Shown: piece after piece, positions 1-10,018 of the stretch
Position numbering within the stretch: the stretch's first letter is position 1
How the letters are laid out: each line of letters begins with the position of its first letter
From: Mustelus asterias
Taxonomy: Eukaryota
Reading direction: 5' to 3'
Length of the DNA stretch: 64,000 nt
Assembly (NCBI RefSeq): GCF_964213995.1
Contig: NW_027590142.1
Coordinates: 682,001-746,000 of the forward strand
The notes under the pieces: model-generated
Databases searched by the model: none
Seen by the model: the letters and a program-made list of their open reading frames with translations, nothing else
Told to the model about the DNA's origin: nothing
Program-made: the position numbers and the translations under genes

Positions 1-279
1 TATTTGTATAGAAAATGATTTGTTCACACCTAATGAAAGGCAGGAGAATTTCTGATGAAGAATGTATAATTGATCCAGCCGAAGCATTGTATGTCAGAGT
101 TATTGAAGAAATAAGGATGCTTCTCTTCGAGAGAGGCATTACACTGTCCAATAATTTCTCCCTTCGATTGTTGGTCAGATAAAAGATGTGTCTTTAAACT
201 GGGACACTGGCTTTCTTGAGTCTTTGTATTGTCTGAAGTTTTTGGCGATACCTGGTCTCCAGTGGTAATGTACCCAGTG

Positions 280-612
280 TGTTTTGGGGAATGAACTCAG
301 AAGAATCATTCAACACTCAAGCCTGATTCAATTGACAAACAGTTTATTGAGTTACGCCAGCGGGGAGAAGCCACAGGGGCTGACCATGTGCAACTCCACC
401 CAACAAAGAATATCATCAATTCATATCCAGTTACTCAGCCCATCCCAGCTGGACACAATCCAATCAGAATGGTGATAGATTACATACATTATATATCGGT
501 CCAATGAAATTAGTATCTGGGCATCATGGGGCTTTGTGATCAGCTCATGAACAGATTGGTGCCCCCATCATGATGTTTTCCAGACCACCTTAGCTTGGGC
601 TTTCTTTGTACA
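280..612 (-). mobile_element. Putative LTR (3' LTR of a degenerate LTR/ERV-like element)
   Basis: On the minus strand it starts TGTACA after a purine tract (AAGGGAG, 617-623), has AATAAA (343-348) and ends ...CCCCAAAACA. No second LTR or TSD found. Confidence 0.35.
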
Positions 613-817
613 TAGACTCCCTTAGTTTGAAAAGGGGTGGACTAAAAGTTCTCGAATGGACGTCAGCACCCTTCCTTTGTTTTAATCTAATGACCACACG
701 GTCTGGGAAACATTTCTATTTAATAATCTCTCCTTTTAAACTCTTTTCTTCAGTATCCAATTCCAGAATTTCCCTTTTCATTGTGTCAGGAATAAATCTT
801 TTGACCTTACATAATAA

Positions 818-1360
818 CTAGGAGCAGGAGTAGGCCATCTGGCCCCTCACGTTCTCTGCGCCATTCAATAAGATCATGGCTGATCATTTCGTGGACTCAG
901 CTTCATTTACCCACCCGCTCACCATAACCCTTAATTCCTTTACTGTTCAAGAATTTATCTATCCTTGCCTTAAAAACATTCAACAAGCACTGGCAGGGAA
1001 TGTCACAGAAGGCGCCGGAGTGTGGCAACTCGGGGAATTTCACAGTAACTTCACTGTAGTGTTAATGTAAGCCTGATTTGTGATTAATAAATAATAAATA
1101 AACAGACTTTGGATGAAGAAGTTCCTCCTTGATTCAGTCCTAAATCTGCTCCCCCTTATTTTGAGGCAATGCCCCCCAGTTCGAGTTTCACCTGCCAGTG
1201 GAAACAACCTCCCTGCTTCCAATCTATTCCCATAATTTTAGATGTACTATATTTCATAATTTTATATGTTTCTACAAGTGCTCCTCTCATTCTTCTGAAT
1301 TCCAATGAGTATCGTCCCAGTCCACTCAGTCTCTCCTCATAAGCCAACCCTCTCAACTCT
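818..1360 (-). mobile_element. CR1 LINE 3' fragment interrupted by another retroposon 3' tail (~988-1108, + strand)
   Basis: ORFs GLAYEERLSGLGRYSLEFRRMRG and EAGRLFPLAGETRTGGHCLKIRGSRFRT match the CR1 ORF2 C-terminus. The insert ends in (AATA)n. Confidence 0.85.
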
Positions 1361-2794
1361 GACAGGAAGTTTAACCAAAGATCAATCCAGTACAGGATTG
1401 GTCAGAGTCATTTCACATGTCTCAAATTGTAACTAAGCATGACAAATTAAAACTCTCATTCTTAAATGTGTGAATTGTATCCGGATTAAAATTCCCACAT
1501 GTTTAGTAAAATATCCTGGAATCCTGTCTCTGGCCAGTAAATATGGTTCCATGGTCATAGAGTTTGAAAAAAAATCTTTATTAATTACACTTCGTTTTTA
1601 AAATTTGTTTGATTTAAATCACAGACAGAAATCCTCAAAGCTTGAAGCTTTCAACCACAAATATCATCCACACACAAGCAGAGAAACCTTAGCATGTGCT
1701 TTACAACAATGACCAAATGAATTCCCAAAGCGTTCTTGTGGTTCTGTTTTTAAACTTCCAAAAATACCTTTAATTAAAGACTCAAAATAAGATTAAATCC
1801 CCAGAAAGATAAACCTTAACAAATGTAGCCCAAAACAATGATAAAACACATCTACAAACATCCACATAAAACAAACAAAACACACAGATTCTCACAGCTC
1901 GTAAATTTCAAACAATGAATCCTCAGCATTCTCTCTCTCTCGCAGCTATAGCTTCTTAAAGCAACAGAGCACTACAAGTTCACAACTCCTTAATTAAAAT
2001 AAGATACAAGATGCTTAATTCTCCTCTATTATCACTCAAACTTTTTTTTGTTCCATCGAATGGTAGGATTAGAACCATTAGAATCTACTCTCAGAGATCC
2101 GCTTTTCAGTCCAGTGCTACTTGGAGTATACCGTCACTTCACCGACTATCAGGTCACAAGTCCCTCACAAATTTATGATAAAATAATTGATATGATGCCT
2201 GAGAACGCTTCTTAACTTCTGAACCAACTACCTACTGCTGTTTGATGATTGGTCAGATCCCCTTTTTACAGATTCGGGAATCTCAGCCGCTGACCAGTCC
2301 TGGAATAAGTTTAATTCTCACTCATTCTGAGTAAATATTCTCACCAGGTCCTCTGTCAGGGCCCTGCTAAGCAGCTTTAATGGTCCGTGATTGCAGAAAC
2401 TGAGCAGTCACAGGAATGTGGTCAAGATAGTCCAGTCCCATAATGCCTCACATTCAATCTGCAGTCCTTCAATTATAACAGAATATGTGGCTGTATGTAG
2501 CTGCCTCGGCCGTGGTCAAACCCAACACTGCCTTCTTGAACTGCTGCAATGCCTGAGGTGTCAGTACACCCACAGTGCTGTTAGGGAGGGATTTCCAGCT
2601 ACACATTCCAGACTTTCACTGGACTGTAGGTGGATATCAGATTGATATATTCCATTCAACCACACCCAAGGTGAGTTATTCAAATTCCTTTATTGTCCAG
2701 GACAATATATTCACAATGTCTTTAAAACAGAAATTAAACATTCCTATTTGATTTCAGACAGTAACGTATTCTGTTGGTTTGTTCTTTATTGTCA

Positions 2795-3140
2795 ATGTCA
2801 GGCTGGGGTTGTTCCCCTTGGAGCAAAGGAGGTTGAAGGGAGATTGGATAGAGGTGGACAAGATTCTGACAGGTTTAGATAAGGTGGACAAAGAAAAGCT
2901 GTTCCCATTAGCTGATGTGCCAAGGATGAGGGGGACACAGATTTCTTGTTTTGGATCAGAGATGTGGGGTGGGGGGGAGTGGGGGGGGGGGGGGGGGGGG
3001 GTGGGGGGGAGTGGGGGGGGGGGGGATGTGAGGAAGAATATTCTGATGCAGCGAATGGTAATGACATGAAACTCACTGCCTACGCGGGTGGAGGAAGTGG
3101 AGACAATAAACAATTAAAAAGGAAATTGGATGGGCATTTG
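2795..3140 (+). mobile_element. Old CR1 3' fragment containing a G-rich expansion
   Basis: LGLFPLEQRRLKGDWIEVDKILTGLDKVDKEKLFPL; G-run at ~2965-3025; inverted paralog at ~48320-48615. Confidence 0.8.
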
Positions 3141-3150
3141 GGATGTTCCA

Positions 3151-4230
3151 AACAGAACAAAGAACAAAGAAAATTACAGCACAGAAACAAGCCCTTTGGC
3201 CCTCCAAGCCTGTAGCAACCATGCTGCCCGTCTGAACTAAAACCCCCTACCTTTCCGGCGACCATATCTCTCTATTCCGATGCTATTCATATTTTTGTCA
3301 AGACACATCTTAAAAGTCACTATCGTATCTGCTTCCACTACCTTCCCCGGCAACGAGTTCCAGGCACCCACCACCCTCTGTGTAAAAAACCTGCCTTGTA
3401 CATCTCCTTTACACCTTGCCCCTCGCACCTTAAACCTATGCCCCCAGTAATTGACTCTTCCACCCTGGGAAAAAGCTTCTGACTATCCACTCTGTCCATG
3501 CCCCTCATAATCTTGTAGACTTCGATCAGGTCGCCCCCCTCAACCTCCGTCGTTCCAGTGAGAACAAACCAAGTTTTTCCAACTTCTCCTCATAGCTAAT
3601 GCCCTCCACACCAGGCAACATCCTGATGAATATTTTCCGTACCCTCTCCAAAGCCTCCACATCCTTCGGGTAGTGTGGTGACCAGAATTGAACATTAGAT
3701 TCCAAGTGCGGTCTAACTAAGGTTCTATAAAGCTGCAACATGACTTGCCAATTTTTAAACTCAACGCCCCGGCTGATGAAGGCAAGCATGCCGTATGCCT
3801 TCTTGATTATCTTCTCCACCTGCATTGCCACTTTCAATGACCTGTGTACCTGTACACCCAGATCCCTCTGCCTATGAATACTCTAAAGGGTTCTGCCATT
3901 TACTGTGTGTTTCCCATCTGTATTAGACCTTCCAAAATGCATTACTTCACATTTGTCCGGATTAAACTTCATCTGCCATCTCTCCGCCCAAGTCTCCAAC
4001 TGATCTATATCCTGCTGGATCCTCTGCCGGTCCCCATCGCTATCCGCAATTCCACCAACCTTTGTGTCGTCCACAAACTTACCAATCAAACCAGTTACAT
4101 TTTCCTCCAAATCATTTATATATATCACAAACAGCAAAAGTCCCAGCACTGATCCCTGAGGAATGTCACTTGTCACAGCCCTCCATTCAGAAATGTACCT
4201 TTGCACTGCCAACCTCTGTTTTCTTCTGAC
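3151..4230 (-). mobile_element. 5'-truncated CR1 LINE (RT C-terminal half and 3' tail)
   Basis: TSDIPQGSVLGLLLFVIYINDL...KFVDDTK, RTLVRPHLE motifs; short-repeat tail near 3151-3170. Confidence 0.9.
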
Positions 4231-4461
4231 TAAATATCTCTAAACTTCCTAACACCCTGTCTCTCTGTTATCCTTGTGACATTTGAAACCAGGTATTCGC
4301 AAAAAGACTCAAAGAGCATCAGCCCACTGGAGGCTGAGACCAGCCAGTCCAGCACAAAGAAACCCTCTGACCCTCCCCATTGACCAACTGTGAGAATGAA
4401 CAAAATGCAGTCCTGGATGTAACAGAGCAGAAACAATAACAGCAGAATCCTACCCCTGGAA

Positions 4462-5052
4462 TCACTCGTGAACTTGCTGGTGTCTCAGCAGCCGGGATGA
4501 AACTCTGAAACCCTTCCCACACTGAGAGCAGGTGAACGGCCTCTCCCCAGTGTGAACTCGCTGGTGTGTCCGCAGGTCAGATGACCGAGTGAACCTCTTC
4601 CCACACTGAGAACAGGTGAATGGTTTCTCCCCAGTGTGAACTCGCTGGTGTGACTGCAGGTGGGATGACTGAGTGAATCCCTTCCCACACTGAGAGCAGG
4701 TGAATGGTCTCTCCCCAGTGTGAACTCGTTCATGTGTCAGCAGGTTGGATGACTGAGCGAATCCCTTCCCACACTGGGAACATGTGAATGGCCTCTCCCC
4801 AGTGTGAACTCGCTGGTGTCTCTGCAGGTCGGATAACTGACTGAATCCCTTCCCACATTGAGAGCAGGTAAATGGCCTCTCTCCAGTGTGGACTCGCTGG
4901 TGTCTCTGCAGGTCGGATAACTGACTGAATCCTTTCCCACATTGAGAGCAGGTGAACGGCCTCTCCCCAGTGTGGCTGCGCCGATGAGCTTCCAGCTTAT
5001 ATGGGGCTCTGTATCTCTTCCCACAGTCCACACATTTCCATGGTTTCTCCAT
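4462..5052 (-). CDS. C2H2 zinc-finger protein ZNF-A, 7 fingers, 196 aa
   Basis: Seven C2H2 units with TGE(R/K)PF linkers; GCACCATGG start; predicted acceptor TTTTACAG|GATATTG at 5403 and leader-exon donor GTGAGT at 7080. Confidence 0.85.
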   Translation of the reverse strand: MEKPWKCVDCGKRYRAPYKLEAHRRSHTGERPFTCSQCGKGFSQLSDLQRHQRVHTGERPFTCSQCGKGFSQLSDLQRHQRVHTGERPFTCSQCGKGFAQSSNLLTHERVHTGERPFTCSQCGKGFTQSSHLQSHQRVHTGEKPFTCSQCGKRFTRSSDLRTHQRVHTGERPFTCSQCGKGFRVSSRLLRHQQVHE

Positions 5053-5539
5053 GGTGCAGGTGTCCTGACCTTTCTATTGAGTGAACAATTCGTTGAAACT
5101 TCGTCCACACACAGAACAAGATTACAGTCTCTACCCGCTGTGAATGGTGTGATATTTATTCAGACTGTGTAACTGGTTAAAGCTCTTTAGTCAGTGCATT
5201 GGAACACTCTCACTCGAGTGTGTCAGAGTGTTGATGTTTTTTCACTCACACTGACATTTCAAATCTTTTCAAATCAACAGACTGGACAATCATTTCTCCT
5301 TCTGGATTCAAAGTCCGATGATATTGAGGTCCCAAGGAATATGACTCTGTCACGTCTAGACGTGACGTTTGAGATTTTGGCCTGTGATTCCTCTTTCAAT
5401 ATCCTGTAAAATGTGTTTCCAAAAGTCATCAGTGTCAGTACAGGATAGAAATTCAGAACAGACAATTTCTATGGAACATTCTTTCCTCTCTCATTCCCCA
5501 AAAGCTGTAAATCTCCATTCCACACACTCTCTTCCCATT

Positions 5540-5730
5540 CTCAGCAGGTCTGGCAGCATCTGTATGGAGAGAAAAGAACTGATGTTTCAGAGCTTTGACA
5601 AAGGGTCGTCGAGACAAGAAACATCAGCTCTTTTCTCTCCTTACAGATGCTGCCAGACCTGCTGAGATTTTCCAGCATTTTCTCTCTTGGTTTCAGATTC
5701 CAGCATCCACAGTAATTTGCTTTTATAAGG
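5540..5730. repeat. Palindromic Penelope-type terminal-repeat element (second family) with ~49-bp inverted arms
   Basis: CTCAGCAGGTCTGGCAGCATCTG...GATGTTTC is mirrored by GAAACATC...CAGATGCTGCCAGACCTGCTGAG. Paralogs at ~31300-31490 and ~42865-43052; relatives at ~17460-17645, ~35838-36010 and ~49805-49945. Confidence 0.65.
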
Positions 5731-5734
5731 CTGC

Positions 5735-6440
5735 AGATACCTCCTCCCAAGTAACATGCGTGTGCCCAAGACAATCACCACTTGTTTCCCTTATTTCTTT
5801 AGCACCCATGGTGCTCTCCGCAGTAAACACAGAGGAGAAGTATTCATTAAAAATCTCACCCATCTCCTGTGGCTCCACACACAGATGGCCAGACTGATTT
5901 TTAAGGGGATCTATTCTCTCTCGAGCCACCCGTTTACTTTTAATATATCTATAGAACCTCTTGGAATTTTCTTTAATCTTACCAGCCAGATCCATATCAG
6001 ACCCTCATTTTGTCCTCCTGATTTCCCTCTTCAGTATTTTCTTACACTTTTTATAGTCAGAGTGATTCACTTGTCCCTGATTGCCTAAACCCAATGTATG
6101 CTTCCTTCTTTTACCTGACCAGAGCCTCAATGTCCCTTGTCTGCCAGAGATCCCTAAATTTACCATTCTTTCCCTTCATCTTAACAGGAATATACTGCCC
6201 CTGGATTCTTGATATCACACTTTTAAAACCTCCCAATTGCCAGTCATTCCTTTCCCTTCAAACGAACTCACCTAATCGACATCTGCTAGATCCTGCCTAA
6301 TGCCCACAAAAGTGGCCCTGCTCCAGTTTAGGGCCTTGACCTGTGGACCTGTCCTATCTTTTTCCAGAACTATTTTGAAACTATTGGTGCTCCCAATAGT
6401 GCTCCCTGACTGACACTTCAGTCACTTGCTCCACCTCATT
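5735..6440 (-). mobile_element. CR1 ORF2 fragment (endonuclease-RT linker region)
   Basis: LAGKIKENSKRFYRYIKSKR...EIFNEYFSSVFT; paralogs at ~30580-31300 and ~42645-42865. Confidence 0.85.
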
Positions 6441-6930
6441 TCTTAACTGTCTAATAGAAAGTGAGTCCAGGAATTGATAATGAAAAATAAGGAGCTGGGA
6501 GATGAATTGAACAAGTATTTTGCCTCGGTGTTCACAATAGAGGATACAGTTAAAACTCAGAAACAGCTGGAAATCAGAAAACAGAAGTGTGGGATGAACT
6601 CTGAAAAAGCACAATTCCCAGGGAAGTGGTCCTCAGCAAACTGTTGGAGCTGTGGGCTGATGAGTCCTCGGGTCCTGCTGGGCTTCATTCTCTGGTCTTA
6701 AAAGAGTGAGGTAGTTGATGTGTTGTTCAATTTTCTAAAATTCCCCATCGGGAGTTGGATAAAGGGAAACCGGTGGATGCGCTGTCCTTAGATTTCCAGA
6801 GGACATTTGATGAGGTGCCACATCAAAGGTTATTGCAGCAAATAAAAATTCATGCTGTGGGGATGACATATTGGCGTGGATAGAAGGTTGGCTAACAGCA
6901 AACAGTGGGCAGAAATGGATCATTTTCTGG
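6440..6930 (+). mobile_element. Degenerate CR1 ORF2 fragment
   Basis: KELGDELNKYFASVFT and AWIEGWL remnants; inverted paralog at ~30090-30580. Confidence 0.7.
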
Positions 6931-7080
6931 TTTGAGAGAGAGAGAAACCTGGGCCAACCTTTCCAGAGTCTGCAGCCTCCCTGGATTCACTTCCTCTCCC
7001 TTCAGTTGCTGCAAGTCCCCAATTTCCCCCAGAATGAGAAAATAAATGGAAAGGGGGAGAAAATAAAGTGTTTTACTCAC

Positions 7081-7270
7081 AGATGTTGGCGACAGGGGGA
7101 AGTTTGAGTCTGTCTGAAGATCAATCTTCATTCACACAAAGCCCACGCTCTGATTGGCTGGAAGACCAGAGTCCTTCCGGTCCTCCAACTCTTCCCATTG
7201 GTCAACACCTCAGCATGAAGATCAGAGGGTGGGTTCTCCCCTGCACATGCACAGCTTCCCCTCTCCCTCG
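7081..7270 (-). promoter_or_regulatory. Leader exon and truncated promoter of ZNF-A
   Basis: Homologous to 29760-29950 and 58490-58660; CCAAT boxes and GTGAGT donor at 7080; NRF1-like motif decayed and the rest of the CpG island absent. Confidence 0.5.
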
Positions 7271-7284
7271 CACACTATTCTGAC

Positions 7285-7510
7285 TTGTACTGAAAGAACA
7301 GAAATTTATTTCATATAAATACTGGGAAGACTGAACCCATTGTGTTCAGTCCCCACTACAAACTCCACTCCCTCGCCAACAACTTAATCTCTCCTCCTGG
7401 CAACTATCTGAGGCTGAACCAGGCTGTTCACAACCAGGGTGAAATAGTTCATCCCAAGATGAGCTTCCAGCCACATGTCCACATCATCATCAAGACCACC
7501 TTCATTCAAA
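7285..7510 (+). mobile_element. L2-type LINE fragment
   Basis: KTEPIVFSPHYKLHSL...LRLNQAVHNQGEIVHPKMSFQPHV resembles the L2 RT C-terminal region (KTE...V(R/K)NLGVIFD..LSF..HI); inverted paralog at ~28460-28690. Confidence 0.65.
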
Positions 7511-7544
7511 GAAGCATTGATAGTAATTAATGAATAATAATGAA

Positions 7545-8222
7545 TAATAAAATACAGTGTAGAAGGAGGCCATTCAGCCCATCGAGCCTGCACTGACAAC
7601 AATCCCATCCAGGCCCTATCCATATATTTACCTGTTAATCTCCCTGATACCAAGTGGCAATTTATCATGGCCAAATTATCATGGCAATTATCATGGCCAG
7701 GGGCGGCGCGGTAGCACAGTGGTTAGCACTGCTGCTTCACAGCTCCAGGGACCTGGGTTCGATTCCCGCTTGGGTCACTGTCTGTGTGGAGTTTGCACAT
7801 TCTCCTCGTGTTTACGTGGGTTTCCTCCGGGTGCTCCGGTTTCCTCCCACAGTCCAAAGATGTGCAGATTCGATTGATTGGCCATGCTAAAATTGCCCCT
7901 TAGTGTCCTGGGATGCGTAGATTAGAGGGATTAGCGGGTAGAATATGTAGGGATATGGGGGTAGGGCCTGGGTGGGATTGTGGTCGGAGCAGACTCGATG
8001 GGCTGAATGGCCTCTTTCTGTACTGTAGGGTTTCTATGATTTCTATGAATCTGTCTAATCGGCACATCTTTGGACTGTGGAAGGAAACCGGAACACCCGG
8101 AGGAAACCCACACAGACACGGGGAGAATGTAGAAACTCTGCACAGACATCGACCCGAGGCTGGAATTGAACCCGGGTCCCTGGCGCTGTTAGGCAGCTGC
8201 ACTAACCACTGTGCCACCGGGC
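7545..8222 (-). mobile_element. Older HE1-type V-SINE split by a younger SINE
   Basis: tRNA-like head at ~8140-8220 and V-domain on the minus strand, 3' part at 7545-7675; unsplit paralogs at ~28126-28430 and ~42260-42570. Confidence 0.8.
7700..8047 (+). mobile_element. HE1-type V-SINE
   Basis: GGGCGGCGCGGTAGCACAGTGGTTAGC (A box), GGTTCGATTCC (B box), V-domain GGGTTTCCTCCGGGTGCTCCGGTTTCCTCCCACAGTCCAAAGATGTG, TTTCTATG-repeat tail. Confidence 0.92.
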
Positions 8223-8275
8223 CACATGTCAGTGACATCGCCCGACTCCAGCCCAGTCTCAGCTCATCTGGAACC

Positions 8276-8358
8276 CTCACCCATTCCATTGTGACGTCAC
8301 TCTCTCCCTCCCGTTCCATTGTGACGTCACACCCTCACCCATTCCATTGTGACGTCAG
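8276..8358. repeat. 28-30-bp tandem repeat with CRE (TGACGTCA) and CATTCC motifs, 3 units
   Basis: TGACGTCA at 8292, 8322 and 8350. Confidence 0.85.
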
Positions 8359-8359
8359 G

Positions 8360-9050
8360 GCTTCCCTCTCCGATCACAATCCCTGCCGGCCTCCCACATG
8401 CAGCCTCAATGGCGGCAGTCAGCCCGGGTCTAACACTACAAGCTGCCGCTCCATTTGGTACAAAGGGGGGGACCGGGAAGTTCATTTCCGGGGTTTGGGT
8501 TTGAACAACATGTTTACAAAGCCTCTCACCCACCCGCCACATTTATCATTCCCCGCACGCCGCCCTCTACCTTGTATTGATCTCGCGTCCAAACTAAAAC
8601 CGGCCGTCTGCCATTACCCGCACTGATGGGGAGATGCCGGCGTTGGACTGGGGTAAACACAGCAACAAGTCAAACAACACCAGGTTAAAGTCCAACAGGT
8701 TTATCTGGTTCAGCCGCACTGCGCATGCTTCAGGTACCGCCCCTCATTCACACCGATTGGTTGGAGGACCAGCCACTCCCGCTCGGTCCTCCAGCCCCGC
8801 CCCTCTTCCTATTGGTCCGGAGCTGCCGTCAATCAGTCCCCGGGCATTGTGATGTGGAGCATGCGCAGTGTCATTGCTGTCCTTGGCGCTTGTTTGTCCC
8901 GGAGAAGCGGAGTCAGCGTTAGGCGGTGGCTGGGAGGATTTGGAAACACTTTGTGGATCCGCAAACCCTTCAGAATCATTGTCAGCTCCCTGGTTTGCAG
9001 CTGCGGGGCTTCTCCCTCCCTCCCTCCCTCCCGGGAACAGGCCCAGGTTA
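8360..9050 (+). promoter_or_regulatory. CpG-island promoter and first exon of ZNF-B
   Basis: CpG-rich; NRF1-like TGCGCATGC (~8720) and GCATGCGCA (~8859), reverse CCAAT boxes, GC box CCCCGCCC, donor CAG|GTTAAC at 9047; inverted paralogs at 27370-27960 and 39210-39820. Confidence 0.75.
8626..8713 (-). mobile_element. Short Penelope terminal fragment inserted in the promoter
   Basis: GGAGATGCCGGCGTTGGACTGGGG...CCAGGTTAAAGTCCAACAGG; 8-bp TSD CCGCACTG (8618-8625 and 8714-8721); absent from the paralogous promoters. Confidence 0.8.
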
Positions 9051-9294
9051 ACGGCCCCATCCTGGCTCAGCCACTGGAGGATGGTTCACATCAGAGGATG
9101 GGGGAGGGGGACAATAAATAAGAGGTTACACTTTGGCCTCAAATCAATGAGGACTCTGATCTCTGGGAAGGAAGGAAACCCTGGGAGGTGGGCGGGGAGG
9201 ATTCACAAACACCCGCTGGAGGCCCCAACACCCCCAATAAGACCCATTGGTTTTATTGTCAGTCTGCAGACAGCAGCTGGAGAACTGAACCCAG

Positions 9295-9460
9295 TAAGAG
9301 TTTTAACAACACCAGGTTAAAGTCCAACAGGTTTATTTGGTAGCAAATGCCATTAGCTACCATTAGGTGTTTGCTACCAAATAAACCTGTTGGACTTTAA
9401 CCTGGTGTTGTTAAAACTCTTACTGTGTTCACCCCAGTCCAACGCCGGCATCTCCACATC
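9295..9460. mobile_element. Palindromic Penelope-terminus insertion with 14-bp TSD
   Basis: TSD AGAACTGAACCCAG (9281-9294 and 9461-9474); ~56-bp inverted arms at 9292-9347 and 9370-9425; empty site in the paralog near 38970. Confidence 0.85.
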
Positions 9461-10018
9461 AGAACTGAACCCAGACAGAGGAGAGGGAGGGAGCAAACTG
9501 GGAGTGGAGAAAAGAAATGGTGAGATGGGTTTGGATTTCAGCCCAGGGAGGAGGGAGAGTTTGTGGGACAGGAATTTATTGATTTGGGGAACAAGAGAGG
9601 AAGAAATTTTCCAGAGAATTAGAATTGCCTGTTCAAAATTTCTATCCTGGACTGACAGTGATTAATTTTGTAAACTCCTTTTACAGGTGAGGTGAAGAAA
9701 CATCACATCATAATCAGACAGAGTCTCAATTCACTTGGACTTAAATATCCTCAGACTTTGAACGTGGAAGGAGAAATGTTTGTCTTCTGTCTGGAGGAGA
9801 AGATTTCAAACATCAGTGTGACTGAAAAAGCACCAAGATACACGCACACCCGAGTGAGAGTGTTTCAGTGAGTTGACTGTGGAAAGAGCTTTATCCAGTT
9901 ACACAGCCTTAAAAAACATCACACCATTCACAGCAAGGAGAAACTGTACACGTGTTCTGTGTGTGGATGAGGCTTCAACTGATCGTTTAACCTGGAGAAA
10001 CATAAGGACACCAGTATC

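Noticed and set aside
2754-3215. Poly-Pro and poly-Gly ORFs
   Set aside because: Translation of a G-run inside a decayed CR1.
7700-7775. tRNA genes at the A/B-box sequences
   Set aside because: They continue directly into V-SINE or DeuSINE bodies and LINE-like tails, so they are SINE heads.
7913-9320. ORFs over the CpG promoters (237 aa, 150 aa; 278 aa at 38668-39504)
   Set aside because: Stop-poor GC-rich and SINE sequence; frames are not preserved between the three paralogous promoters.
8860-9690. KRAB, SCAN or BTB effector exons upstream of the arrays
   Set aside because: No such motifs are recognisable in any frame of the leader exons or introns, and in-frame stops isolate the arrays.
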